This document shows positions 8,940 through 18,789 of a stretch of 64,000 nucleotides of DNA, one piece after another (positions within the stretch are counted from its first letter, which is position 1; each line of letters starts with the position of its first letter). This stretch comes from Dehalococcoidia bacterium (GTDB lineage: Bacteria; Chloroflexota; Dehalococcoidia; UBA2979). Position numbers and translations under genes: made by a program. The notes under the pieces are model-generated. The model was not told where the DNA came from. It was given only the letters and a program-made list of their open reading frames with translations, and searched no databases. The stretch is from contig CAXXDN010000001.1 in the NCBI GenBank assembly GCA_963667465.2, positions 800,001 to 864,000 on the forward strand, read 5' to 3'.

Positions 8940-9884
8940 ATGACGAAGAGCCGCGACGCGATCCGCGATCTGATGATGCGCTACGCGCGCTTCACTGATC
9001 TTGCCGACCACGACACGGTCGGCGAGATCTTCGCGCACGGCCCGTTCCGCTCGTCCCTCGGATCCTCGCACGCCGGCGCCGAGATGGCGGCGAACCGCAA
9101 GCGGCGGATCCTCACGCATGACGGTTCGCCCGGCACGCGCCACGTCCCGACCAACATCATGATCGACATCGACGAGGCTGCCGGGGCGGCACGCGCCCGC
9201 TCCTACTTCTCGCTCTTCCAGGCGACGCCGACCATGCCGCTGCGGCTGGTCGGCAGCGGCCGCTACTACGACCGCTTCGAGCGCATCGAGGGCGAGTGGT
9301 GCTTCACGGACCGCCTGAGCATGCTCGACAGTCGCGGAGACCTCTCGCAGCACATCCTCGGTTACCAGGCGAGCGAGTTGCCGTACGACGTGCCGGTGCT
9401 TGGACCTCCGCTCGAGGAGATTCCACCGATGCCGGTGCCGGACGAGCTGCACGCGGCGGTCGAGACGCTGATCTTCAGCTACGCGGAGCGGATCGACCTC
9501 GGAGACTTCGAGGGGGCCGGCGAGATCTTCGCGCACGGCGGCCGGCAGCATGGGCCGGAGGGGACGCCGCTCGGCGGTCCGGCGCTCGCCGAGGCGCTGC
9601 GCAGCAGTTTCCGCATCCACGACGGCAGCCCGCGCACGAAGCACGTCACGACCAACGTGCTGATCGAGCCGGGCGAGGAGGCGGGCACGGCAGCAGCACG
9701 TTCCTACTTCACCGTCATGCAGGCGACCCGCGGTCTGCCGCTCCAGATCATCGCTGTCGGTCGCTACCACGACGCTTTCGAGCGCGTCGACGGCGCCTGG
9801 CGCTTCCGTTCGCGGGTGATCCTGCTCGACCATCAGGGCGAGATCGAACACCATGTGCCACCGGGCTCGGCGCTGCTTCGCTAG
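8940..9884 (+). CDS. Tandem SnoaL/NTF2-like domain protein (paralog of the upstream gene)
   Basis: Same two-domain layout; ATG at 8940 (MTKSRDAI). Confidence 0.85.
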   Translation: MTKSRDAIRDLMMRYARFTDLADHDTVGEIFAHGPFRSSLGSSHAGAEMAANRKRRILTHDGSPGTRHVPTNIMIDIDEAAGAARARSYFSLFQATPTMPLRLVGSGRYYDRFERIEGEWCFTDRLSMLDSRGDLSQHILGYQASELPYDVPVLGPPLEEIPPMPVPDELHAAVETLIFSYAERIDLGDFEGAGEIFAHGGRQHGPEGTPLGGPALAEALRSSFRIHDGSPRTKHVTTNVLIEPGEEAGTAAARSYFTVMQATRGLPLQIIAVGRYHDAFERVDGAWRFRSRVILLDHQGEIEHHVPPGSALLR

Positions 9885-9919
9885 CGTCGCACGGCGGCAT
9901 GTGAACGGAGGCTGAGCGC

Positions 9920-10819
9920 GTGGATGTAGGCATCCTGCTTCCCCAGGCCGGCGATCGCGCCACCCGCGAGGTGGTGCTGCGGCACGCCCGCGCCGCCGAG
10001 GAGGCCGGCTTCGATTCGCTCTGGACCAACGACCACGTCGTCTTCCCTCGCGAGTACCGCTCGCGCTACCCGTACAGCGCGGACGGCAATCTGCCGGGGC
10101 GGGTCCACATCGACGCCTCGCTGCTGGAGCCGTTGACGGAGCTGGCCTTCGTTGCTGGCGCAACGAGCCGCGTGCAGCTCGGCGTGGCGGTGCTGGTGCT
10201 GAACATGCGGCAGGCCGTGCTGCACGCGAAGATCATGGCCACGCTCGACCACCTCGCCGGCGGGCGCTTCATCCTCGGCGCGGGGATGGGCTGGGCGAAG
10301 GAGGAGTTCGAGGTGCTCGGCATGCCCTCGGACCGCCGCGGCGCACGTTTCGAGGAGAGCCTGGAACTGACGCGCAAACTCTGGACCGAGGACTGGGTCG
10401 ACGGCTTCCACGGCGACACCTACGAGGTCGACGGCTGGACCTCGCGGCCGCACCCGCCGCGCCACGTGCCGATCTGGATCGGCGGCGACAGCCCGCAACA
10501 GATGCGCCGCATCGGCGAGCTGGCGGATGGCTGGCTGACGCACGGCAACTACCTCGACAACGCCGGGGAGGCGATGCAGCCCGCCCGCGAGGCGGCCGAG
10601 CGAGCCGGTCGCGACCCCGCTGCGCTCAAGATCGGGATGACCGGCATCGCGCTCCTCGCGAGCGATCGCCTGGAGCAGGTGCGGGAACGGCTGGGCCGAG
10701 CGCGCGAGGCGGGCGTCGACCACGCGATCGTCGGCCTGCACCCCGCCCAGTTGCTCGACGCGCCGGACCTGATGCGCCGCTTCGGTGAGGACTACCTCGC
10801 CGCGGCGAAGACCGGCTGA
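9920..10819 (+). CDS. LLM-class F420-dependent oxidoreductase (Rv2161c-like)
   Basis: GFDSLWTNDHVV, RVQLG, LAGGRFILGAG.GW, PIWIGG. Confidence 0.9.
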   Translation: MDVGILLPQAGDRATREVVLRHARAAEEAGFDSLWTNDHVVFPREYRSRYPYSADGNLPGRVHIDASLLEPLTELAFVAGATSRVQLGVAVLVLNMRQAVLHAKIMATLDHLAGGRFILGAGMGWAKEEFEVLGMPSDRRGARFEESLELTRKLWTEDWVDGFHGDTYEVDGWTSRPHPPRHVPIWIGGDSPQQMRRIGELADGWLTHGNYLDNAGEAMQPAREAAERAGRDPAALKIGMTGIALLASDRLEQVRERLGRAREAGVDHAIVGLHPAQLLDAPDLMRRFGEDYLAAAKTG

Positions 10820-10844
10820 GCGCGGACGGGCGCCGGCGAGGGCG

Positions 10845-11153
10845 ATGGAGCTCGAGATCACGGCCGCGGCGGCCGAGCTGGCGCGTCGCAGGGGCGGCGA
10901 GTTCGCGCTGGACTTCATCACGCCAATCGGCTGAGGCGGCGTCCTCGCTGTGCCGGTCGACACCTACCTCAAGGGCAAGAATCTCACCCGCTACGAGAGC
11001 GTCCGGCACCACGACCTGACAGTCCACGTCGCACCGGCGCTGCTGCAGTGGGCAAGCGCCGTGCGCGTCGACGCGGAACGCGTCCTCTTCTTCTGGCGTC
11101 GCTTCACGGTCGCGGCGGACCACCGCCACCAGCCGACCTGACAGCACTCGTAG
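10845..11153 (+). CDS. Candidate small selenoprotein with two in-frame UGA (Sec) codons, 102 aa
   Basis: GAGGG-N-ATG 10845. MELEITAAAAELARRRGGEFALDFITPIG-UGA(10932)-GGVLAVPVDTYLKGK...HRHQPT-UGA(11139)-QHS-TAG. A SECIS-like hairpin follows each UGA. Confidence 0.7.
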
Positions 11154-11193
11154 CCCCGCCGGAGGCGGGGGACGGGGGCGAGGGCGGTCGCGG

Positions 11194-12045
11194 CTACATG
11201 CGCGCGATCAGGTCGCGCGAGATGCGCTCCAGCGTGCGCCGCGAGGACGGCACGTCCGGGTCGGTGATCAGGATGTTCAGGCGCGAGACGCCAAGCTCCT
11301 CGAGACGCTGCGCCAGCTCCAGCTCGGGCGGCACGCCGGCGCTGATCTCGACGTCGTCGGGGTCGCGGCCATGTGCCTCGGCGGTGCGGCGCGCCTCGGC
11401 GATCAGCTCGTGCCAGGCGCGGCCGAAGACATGCGGGAAGAAGCCGGCGCCGTACTTTCCGGCGCGCCGCGCCGCGGGGATCGAGTGCCCGCCGATGATG
11501 AACGGCACGCCGCCCGGCTGGACCGGCTTGGGGTCGCAGGCGAGGTTGGAGAAGCGCACCAGTTCGCCCTCGTAGCTCGCCACGGGCTGCGTCCAGAGGG
11601 CGCGCATTGCCTCGATGCACTCGTCCGTGCGCTTGCCGCGGCGCTCCCAGGGCACGCCGATCGCCTCGAACTCCTCGCGCAGCCAGCCGACGCCGATGCC
11701 GAGATCGATGCGGCCCTCCGAGTAGACGTCGAGCGAGGCGAGCTGCTTGGCGAGCACCACCGGGTTGCGCTGCGGGAGGACGAGGACCGAGGTGCCCAGG
11801 CGCAGCGTCTTCGTCTTCGCGGCGACGAACGTGAGCGTGACGATCGGGTCCGGGATCGGCGCGTCCTCGTAGGGCATGCGCTCGGCGTAGGGGTAGTCCG
11901 AGTCGTGTCCCTGCGGGATCACGACGTGGTCGCTGGTCCAGAGGGTGTCGAAGCCGCAGTCCTCGGCGGCCTGGGCGAAGCCGGCGAGGAACTCGGGCGA
12001 GGTCACCGGCTGCTCGTTGAAGTCGACCGTCACTCCGAAGCGCAT
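11194..12045 (-). CDS. LLM-class F420-dependent oxidoreductase
   Basis: GFDTLWTSDHVV, LRLGTSVLVLPQRNP, GIGVGWLREEF. Confidence 0.92.
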   Translation of the reverse strand: MRFGVTVDFNEQPVTSPEFLAGFAQAAEDCGFDTLWTSDHVVIPQGHDSDYPYAERMPYEDAPIPDPIVTLTFVAAKTKTLRLGTSVLVLPQRNPVVLAKQLASLDVYSEGRIDLGIGVGWLREEFEAIGVPWERRGKRTDECIEAMRALWTQPVASYEGELVRFSNLACDPKPVQPGGVPFIIGGHSIPAARRAGKYGAGFFPHVFGRAWHELIAEARRTAEAHGRDPDDVEISAGVPPELELAQRLEELGVSRLNILITDPDVPSSRRTLERISRDLIARM

Positions 12046-12192
12046 CTCGGCCTCCGTCTCTCGCTCAGTGTCGGGCAGTGTCCGCGTTCCGCCGCATCCT
12101 AGCGGAGCGCTCGCTTGCGCTCACGGCGTGCCCGGCGCGCGGCCTCGCGGTAGGCTTGGCGCACGGGACGGACGGCGGAAGGAGCGAGGGCG

Positions 12193-13038
12193 ATGACGGC
12201 GGGGGCAGTGCTGGACGCGAGCGATGCGACGTTCGCGACGGACGTGATCGAGCGCTCACACCAACTGCCGGTGGTGGTCGACTTCTGGGCGCCCTGGTGC
12301 GGCCCCTGCCGCGTGCTCGGCCCCACCCTCGAAACGATCGCCTACGAACGCGCGGGCGAGGTGCAGCTCGTCAAGATCAACGTCGACGAGAACCCCGGCG
12401 TCGCCACGAGCTACCAGGTGCAGGGCATCCCGGCGGTCAAGGCCTTCCGCGACGGCGAGGTGGTCAGCGAGTTCGTCGGCGCGCTGCCCGAGCCGCAGGT
12501 CCGTGGATTCTTCGACTCGCTCGTGCCGACCGCCGCCGACCAGGCCGTCGCGGCCGCCCGGCACGCGATGCAGAACGGCCAGCCTGGCGCCGCGCGGCTC
12601 CATCTGGAGCACGCGCTCGAGCAGGATCCCGACCACCGCGGCGCCTCGGCGGCGCTCGCCGCGATCCTGCTCGCCGACGGAGCGGTCGCCCGTGCGCGCG
12701 AGCTGGCCGAGCGCTTCCCCGGCGATCCCGCCGCCGCGAGCGTGCTCGCGCAGCTCGCGTTCCGCGACGAGGCCGGGGACGAGCCGCGCGAGGCTCTCGA
12801 GACGCGGCTGGAGGCGGACCCGGACGACGCCGAGGCGCACTACCGGCTCGGCTGCCTGCTGGCGGCGGCGGCCGAGTGGCGGGACGCCCTCGAACACTTG
12901 CTGGCGACGGTGCGGCTCGATCGGGGCGTCGCGGACGACGGCGGACGGCTGCGCATGCTGGACGCCTTCACGCTGCTCGGCGACGGCCACGAGCTGACGC
13001 GCGGCTACCGCCAGCGCCTCACGAACGTGATCTTCTAG
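12193..13038 (+). CDS. Thioredoxin-TPR chaperedoxin (YbbN/CnoX-like)
   Basis: VVDFWAPWCGPC followed by TPR-like C-terminal domain ending YRQRLTNVIF. Confidence 0.9.
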   Translation: MTAGAVLDASDATFATDVIERSHQLPVVVDFWAPWCGPCRVLGPTLETIAYERAGEVQLVKINVDENPGVATSYQVQGIPAVKAFRDGEVVSEFVGALPEPQVRGFFDSLVPTAADQAVAAARHAMQNGQPGAARLHLEHALEQDPDHRGASAALAAILLADGAVARARELAERFPGDPAAASVLAQLAFRDEAGDEPREALETRLEADPDDAEAHYRLGCLLAAAAEWRDALEHLLATVRLDRGVADDGGRLRMLDAFTLLGDGHELTRGYRQRLTNVIF

Positions 13039-13071
13039 CGAGGCGACAGAGCACTCACAGAGACGGAAGCG

Positions 13072-14385
13072 ATGGCCGAAGCGATCGACTGGCCGGCCGT
13101 CCACGCCGAGGCGCTCGACGTCCTCCAGCGCTACCTGCGCATCGACACCTCGAACCCGCCGGGCAACGAGGCCCCGGCCGCCCGTTTCCTCGGATCGCTA
13201 CTGGAGGCGGAAGGCGTCTCTTGCGAGTACATCGAGACCGCTCCCGGACGCGAGGCGCTGGTCGCGCGGCTGCGCGGGGACGGCAGCCGCCGCCCGCTGC
13301 TGCTCGGCAACCACCTCGACGTGGTGCCGGTCGAGGAGGAGTTCTGGGATGTCCCGCCCTTCGGCGGCGTCGTGCGCGACGGCCGTATCTACGGCCGCGG
13401 CGCGATGGACATGAAGGGTGCGGGCGTGATGCAGCTCATGGCCGTGCTGCTGCTCCAGCGCCGCCGCGCGCCGCTGCGCCGCGATGTCGTCTTCCTCGCC
13501 GCGCCCGACGAGGAGATCGGCAGTACCTACGGCGTGCGCTGGCTCGTCGAGCACCGCCGCGATCTGTTCGATGCCGAGTTCGCACTCAACGAGGGCGGCG
13601 GCGGCCTCAGCGACTTCGCGGGCCGCGAGGACCGGCGCATCTTCCTCGCCAGCGTCAACGAGAAGTCTGTGGGCTGGTTGCGGCTGCGCGTCGAGGGCAC
13701 GACAGGGCACGGCAGCTTGCCGACCGGGGACAACTCGGCGCTGCGCCTGATCCGCGCGCTGCTGCGGCTCGCCGACTGGGATCGCGGCCTGCAATTCGAG
13801 CCGGGCACCGCGCGCCTCGTCGACCAGCTCTCGCGCGCCGGGCTGCTGCCGTCCCCCGATGACGCCGAGGCGTTTGAGCAGGCGCTGCGCAGCGACCCCG
13901 CCGCGCTGGCGATGTTCATCAACACGCTCAACGTCACCGTCATCGACAGCGGCTTCAAGGCGAACGTCATCCCCCCGCGCAGCGAGGCGGTGATCGACTG
14001 CCGGCTGCTGCCCGGGCAGACCCTCGAGGACTGGATCGAGCAAGTCCGCGCACGCATCGACGACCCGCTCGTCTCGGTCCGGCCGGAGCTCGACGACTTC
14101 ACCTCGACGGCCTCTTCGGACTTCGGCACGGAGCTGTTCACGGCGATCCGCGAAGTGGTCGAGGAGGCGTTCGAGGGCGCCGTGGTCGCGCCCTCGGTGG
14201 CCTCGTTCGCGACCGACAACCGCTTCCTGCGCGAGATCGGAATGCCGTCCTACGGCTTCATCCCCTGCATGTTCAGCGCGGAGGAGCGCGCCGGCTTCCA
14301 CGCGCACAACGAGTTCCTGACAGTCGAGAACCTCAACAGCGGCTGCGAGCTGATGTACGAGATCGTGCGGCGCGTCGTCTGCTGA
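13072..14385 (+). CDS. M20/M25/M40 metallo-peptidase/amidohydrolase
   Basis: HLDVVP, GRGAMDMKG, DEE, H..NE. Confidence 0.92.
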   Translation: MAEAIDWPAVHAEALDVLQRYLRIDTSNPPGNEAPAARFLGSLLEAEGVSCEYIETAPGREALVARLRGDGSRRPLLLGNHLDVVPVEEEFWDVPPFGGVVRDGRIYGRGAMDMKGAGVMQLMAVLLLQRRRAPLRRDVVFLAAPDEEIGSTYGVRWLVEHRRDLFDAEFALNEGGGGLSDFAGREDRRIFLASVNEKSVGWLRLRVEGTTGHGSLPTGDNSALRLIRALLRLADWDRGLQFEPGTARLVDQLSRAGLLPSPDDAEAFEQALRSDPAALAMFINTLNVTVIDSGFKANVIPPRSEAVIDCRLLPGQTLEDWIEQVRARIDDPLVSVRPELDDFTSTASSDFGTELFTAIREVVEEAFEGAVVAPSVASFATDNRFLREIGMPSYGFIPCMFSAEERAGFHAHNEFLTVENLNSGCELMYEIVRRVVC

Positions 14386-14409
14386 CGCTCGTCGAGCCCT
14401 CGCCGGCGG

Positions 14410-15486
14410 CTACAGCATCCCCAGCTGCGTGAGGGCGACGCGCGTGACAAGTTGATGCAGCTCCGCGCGGCGCTCGAGCGCCTGGTGCTGCTGCCCCATC
14501 TCCACGAGGATCGGCGTCAGGCCCTCGACGTAGTTGCCCAGCGAGAGCGAAGTGCCTCCGCGCCCCGGCCGCCAGGCCCAGCTGCTGGTGTCATCGAACG
14601 ATGGCCCGTCCGGAGAAGTCGAGAAGCCCCAGCTCCTCCGGTCCCGCGCGACCAGCTGATCGCGTTCAATCTCCACCTGTGCGTTGAAGTCCTCGGCGAT
14701 GCGCGTCGCGGCCTCGCTGTCCGTTCCGGGTCCGCCCGTGATCGTCTGGCCGATGAACGCCGTGCCGCTGTTCGACCCGCGGTCGACGTAGAACCCCCAC
14801 GACTCGTGCAGATCGAGGACGAGCGAGACGCGGTAGCGGCGCGCGACCTCGACGATCTGCGCCGCCATCCGCGACATCGGCAGCTCGGCGTCGTCCGAGC
14901 CGGGGTAGAGCCGGTTGAGGTCGCCGAGCTCGGGCAGCGTGCGTTCGCCGACGCGGGTGGCGACGATGTTGGCGCGCGGGATGACGATCAGGCTGCCGCG
15001 CACCGGCTGCCACTCGACGATCTCCTCGGTCGCGAGCCAGCTCCCCGGCTCGTTGCCGTGCACCCCGCCGAGGACGAGCACGGCCGGCCCCTCCTCGCCG
15101 CTGTGGTGGGCGACCAGCGGGTTCTCCCACTCCGTGCCTTCCAGTAGCGCGATCTCCTCGCGACCGGCGGGCCATGGCGTCGGCTCGGGAGTCGGCTCCG
15201 GGGTCGGGACGGGTGTGGGGGTCGGAGTCGGTGGTGGCGTCGAGGTAGCAGTGGGCACGAGGGTGGGCATGGGCGTGGCGGTAGGCGTCGGCGCCGCGGT
15301 CGCGGCGGGAGTGGGCGGCGGCGGGGGTGTCGCCGAGGGCGTGGGACTCGGCGACGGCGCGACGGCAACCTGCTCGGCCGTGTCGCCGCCCGCGCCGCAG
15401 GCGACCAGCAGCCCGCCGAGGCCGCTCGTCGCGGCGAGCTGGAGGAAGCGGCGGCGGCTGTGCGGCCTGGCCGGTGAGCGGGTCAT
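14410..15486 (-). CDS. Tat-exported lipoprotein, Pro/Thr linker plus AstE/AspA (M14-like) deacylase domain
   Basis: SRRRFL twin-arginine, LVAC lipobox, PT repeats, GGVHGNE, DLNRLYPG, LDLHE. Confidence 0.85.
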   Translation of the reverse strand: MTRSPARPHSRRRFLQLAATSGLGGLLVACGAGGDTAEQVAVAPSPSPTPSATPPPPPTPAATAAPTPTATPMPTLVPTATSTPPPTPTPTPVPTPEPTPEPTPWPAGREEIALLEGTEWENPLVAHHSGEEGPAVLVLGGVHGNEPGSWLATEEIVEWQPVRGSLIVIPRANIVATRVGERTLPELGDLNRLYPGSDDAELPMSRMAAQIVEVARRYRVSLVLDLHESWGFYVDRGSNSGTAFIGQTITGGPGTDSEAATRIAEDFNAQVEIERDQLVARDRRSWGFSTSPDGPSFDDTSSWAWRPGRGGTSLSLGNYVEGLTPILVEMGQQHQALERRAELHQLVTRVALTQLGML

Positions 15487-15542
15487 CGCGCCAATCCTGC
15501 CTGAGGCTGTGTCACCTCACCCTAAACCGGCGGCAGCCCAGG

Positions 15543-16532
15543 CTACAGCAGCGAGCCCTGCTGCTCGGCAGCGCCGCGGGCGGAGGACGGCGAGGCCTCG
15601 ACGGGTTCGAAGCCCGCGATGGCGGCGAGACCGTGCTCCTCGAGGCGCCGTTGCAGCAGGTCTGCATTGACCGGGCCCTGGTCGTGGTTGTTGGTGTTGA
15701 CGATCAGGTGCACCGCCTCGGCCTCGCGCGCGAGCGCCTCGATGCGCGGGACCCACTCGTCCAGCTCCGCGGCGTCGTACCAGTAGTCGAAGCGCTCGGA
15801 GGAGGTGCGCGTGCGGCGCTCCCAGGTCTCCGTGTTGCGGCCGTGGAAGCGCACAAAGGCGAGCGCGTTCGTCGCGGCGGCGAACGGCGGCAGCGAGGAG
15901 TCGAAGCCCTGCGGCGCGTCGACGCAGATCAGCGAGAGATCGAGGTCGCCGAGCAACGCCAGCGTCTCCTCGCGTTGCTCGGGCTCGAGCCAGCGCCGCT
16001 GGCGGAACTCGACCGCGCCTCGGAACGGCCCGAGGCGGTCGCGCGTCTCCTCGAGCGTGGCGAAGGCGCGCGGGCCGGGCACGAACCACTTGGGGAATTG
16101 CAGCACGACCGCGCCGAGGCGCCCGGCGTCGTGGAGCGGCAGCAGCGCGTCCGTGTAGCTGGCCCAGCAGAGATCGAGGATCTCGTCCGGCGTGTCGCGA
16201 CGGTAGAAGCGCCCCTGCGCCTCGAGGTCGGGCGGAAGGACGGCACGGATCGCCTTCGGCAGTCGCGCGACGGGCGTCGGGTGCTCGGTGAACAGCGAGT
16301 ACGCCTTCACGTCGAAGGTAAAGCCCTGCGGTGTGCGCTCGATCCAGCGCGCCGCCTGCTCCGGCGTAGGAAGCCCGTAGTACGGTGCGTCGATCTCGAC
16401 GAGCGGGTAGCGCGTCGTGTAGTGGCGCAGCCGCGCCTCGGCGCTCTTCGCCTGCGGCGGGTAGAAGCGCCCACTGTCGATCAGCGGCTTGTCGGTCCAC
16501 GAGGCGGTCCCGAGGAGCAGCGGCGCGGTCAC
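15543..16532 (-). CDS. DUF72 family protein
   Basis: GTASW, VEID..YY, FDVKA, QFP.WF, VEFR, VRFHGRN, NN motifs. Confidence 0.9.
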   Translation of the reverse strand: MTAPLLLGTASWTDKPLIDSGRFYPPQAKSAEARLRHYTTRYPLVEIDAPYYGLPTPEQAARWIERTPQGFTFDVKAYSLFTEHPTPVARLPKAIRAVLPPDLEAQGRFYRRDTPDEILDLCWASYTDALLPLHDAGRLGAVVLQFPKWFVPGPRAFATLEETRDRLGPFRGAVEFRQRRWLEPEQREETLALLGDLDLSLICVDAPQGFDSSLPPFAAATNALAFVRFHGRNTETWERRTRTSSERFDYWYDAAELDEWVPRIEALAREAEAVHLIVNTNNHDQGPVNADLLQRRLEEHGLAAIAGFEPVEASPSSARGAAEQQGSLL

Positions 16533-16589
16533 GTCTCAAGCCTACACGGGTGGGGTGCCCTCATCCTGACTTCGGAGGCCCGAAGTGCG

Positions 16590-16975
16590 CCCCGGAGCGG
16601 CGCTGGCGCGCCGACCCCCTCACCCCCGCCCTCTCCCGCAAGGGGAGAGGGGGCTGGACTCGCCCTCGTCGGTGCGTTGCCCCCTCCGGCGAGCTGCGCC
16701 CGCTCCCCCCCACCCCCGCCCTCTCCTCGCGGGGAGAGGGGGCCGGACGGTGCGCCCTCCAAAGCTCCGAGGGGGGCGTGGGGGCGCAGCCCCCACAGAG
16801 AGAAAATCCGAGGGCGGGTGGGTGGGCCAGAGCCGCGCAGCGTGCTCGTCCGGGATGGGGGTGTGGGGGGCGCAGCCCCCCGCAGCAGACACGCGCCTGG
16901 GCTTTGGAGGGTCGTCGTGTGCTCGGAGTGGCGCTCACCCCCGCCCTCTCCCGTCAGGGGAGCGGGGACCGGAGG
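16590..16975. repeat. BIME-like cluster: three REP palindromes plus GGGGGCGCAGCCCCC module
   Basis: CCCTCACCCCCGCCCTCTCCC-N-GGGAGAGGG units near 16615, 16708 and 16934. Confidence 0.85.
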
Positions 16976-16990
16976 GTCGTTCGTGCAGCC

Positions 16991-18772
16991 CTAGACGGCG
17001 CACTCGCCTTCGCCGCGCTCGAGGACGTAGAGGCCTTCCCGCTCCCAGTCGATGAACTCGTCCATCGTCTGGACGGAGAACTCCGGCGGCAGCGTCAGGT
17101 CCGTTACGGCCTCCTCGAACGGGGCCTTGCCGACGCGGTCGAAGAAGTCGTTGAACTCCTCGCCGTCGCTGCGCTCCGCCTCGTAGAGACGGATGAAGCG
17201 CTCGACGGCGTCCGGCACGCGCTTGGCGGGCAGGCGCGCCTTGATCAGCGTGCCGAGGCGCAGATCCTGGCCGGTGCGGCGGTTGCCGGCGATGAATACG
17301 TGATAGGCGGGGGCCTGGCGATCGCCAGACTTGATGGCCGCGCCGTGGAAGCCGATGTTCGCGATGTGGTGCTGGCCGCACGAGTTGGGGCAGCCGCTGG
17401 CGTTGATCAGGATCCGCCGCGTCAGCGGGTCCGTGATCTGCAGCGAGCGGACGTGCTCGGAAACCGCGCGGTTGAGGCCCATCGAGCTGGTGATGCCCAG
17501 CTTGCAGCTGTCCGTGCCCGGGCAGCTCACGACGTCCTCGATCTCGAGGATGCCGCCGCCATTCAGGCCGAGCTCGCCGAGCGCCAGCCAGACGGCGTAG
17601 ACGGACTCGTTCGGGATCCAGCGCAGCACGATGTTCTGCCACGGCGTGGTGCGGGCGCGGCCGGAGCCGTACTCGCGCATGATCGTGGCCAGACCGCGGA
17701 ACTGCTCGGGCGTGAGGTCGCCCTGCGGTACCTGTACCTCGATGGCTGCGTAGCCTGCCTGGCGCTGCGCCTTCACTGCTGTGCGCGCCCATTCCTCGAA
17801 GGTGGCGCGGTCGGTGTCGGTCGGCTGCGGCGCGTCATCGGGCGGGGCTGGGGCGTCGGCCTCCTCGTCGTCGAGGAAGAGCAGCGGGTCGGGCAGGGCG
17901 TCGGCCTGCGCCCACTCGCCCTCGAGCTCCGCGTCGACCATCGCGCGGAACGCCTCCTCGCCCACGCGGTGGACGAGGAACTTGATGCGCGCCTTGGCGA
18001 GGTTCTTGCGCAGCTCGTCGGCGTCGTTGAAGACGCGCAGCACGGCGTGCGAGTGCCTGAGGTACTCGTCGACCGAGACCCACTCGCGGAGGACTACGGC
18101 GTGCTTCGCCATGATCGAGAGCCCGCCGCCGGCGACGATCCGGAAGCCCCTGGTAGGCACGCCAGCGACCTCGCGGATCTCGGGGATGAAGCCGAGGTCG
18201 TGGATCTGCGTGAGCGCGGAGTCCTCGTCGCTGCCGGAGAAGGCGACCTTGAACTTGCGAGGTAGCAACTGGGTCAGCTCGCTGCGCACGAAGTAGCGCA
18301 CGAAGGCGCCGGCGTAGGGGGTGACGTCGAACGGCTCGTCGTCGCGGATGCCGGCCCAGGGGTCGCCGGTGACGTTGCGCACGGTGTTGCCGCAGGCCTC
18401 GCGCGTGGAGAGGCCGGCGCGGCCGAGCACCTGCAGCAGCTCGAGCGTCTCGTCGAGGGGGACGTGGTGGTACTGCACGTTCTCGCGTGTGGTCAGGTGG
18501 CCCTTGCGCAGCGGCGTGAAGCGCTCGGCGACCTCGCCGAAGGCGTCGAGCTGGTCAGAGGTGACCCCGCCAAAGGGCAGCTTGACGCGGATCATCTGGC
18601 GGTCGGCCTGACGCTGACCGTAGACACCCTGGCGCAGCCGGAACTTGGTGAAGTCCAGCGCGTCCCGGTTACCCTCGAGGAACTCGGTCGCCTCGGTGGT
18701 GAAGTCCGCAAGTTCGTCCTCGAGGATCGGGATCACGAAACCGGGGGTGTCGGCACGGACGCTGGTGGTCAT
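16991..18772 (-). CDS. Nitrite/sulfite reductase (siroheme, 4Fe-4S)
   Basis: LRQGVYGQR, TTRENVQ, ACGNTVRN, LPRKFK, CPGTDSC, SGCPNSCG. Confidence 0.93.
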   Translation of the reverse strand: MTTSVRADTPGFVIPILEDELADFTTEATEFLEGNRDALDFTKFRLRQGVYGQRQADRQMIRVKLPFGGVTSDQLDAFGEVAERFTPLRKGHLTTRENVQYHHVPLDETLELLQVLGRAGLSTREACGNTVRNVTGDPWAGIRDDEPFDVTPYAGAFVRYFVRSELTQLLPRKFKVAFSGSDEDSALTQIHDLGFIPEIREVAGVPTRGFRIVAGGGLSIMAKHAVVLREWVSVDEYLRHSHAVLRVFNDADELRKNLAKARIKFLVHRVGEEAFRAMVDAELEGEWAQADALPDPLLFLDDEEADAPAPPDDAPQPTDTDRATFEEWARTAVKAQRQAGYAAIEVQVPQGDLTPEQFRGLATIMREYGSGRARTTPWQNIVLRWIPNESVYAVWLALGELGLNGGGILEIEDVVSCPGTDSCKLGITSSMGLNRAVSEHVRSLQITDPLTRRILINASGCPNSCGQHHIANIGFHGAAIKSGDRQAPAYHVFIAGNRRTGQDLRLGTLIKARLPAKRVPDAVERFIRLYEAERSDGEEFNDFFDRVGKAPFEEAVTDLTLPPEFSVQTMDEFIDWEREGLYVLERGEGECAV

Positions 18773-18789
18773 CAAGTGCTCCTGGGGAG

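Noticed and set aside
14380-14410. Cys-UGA at the end of the M20 peptidase as Sec
   Set aside because: The domain is complete, there is no clear SECIS, and readthrough runs into the convergent gene.
16590-16975. REP clusters as a CRISPR array
   Set aside because: Degenerate copies, mixed orientation, irregular and shared linkers, and no cas genes.
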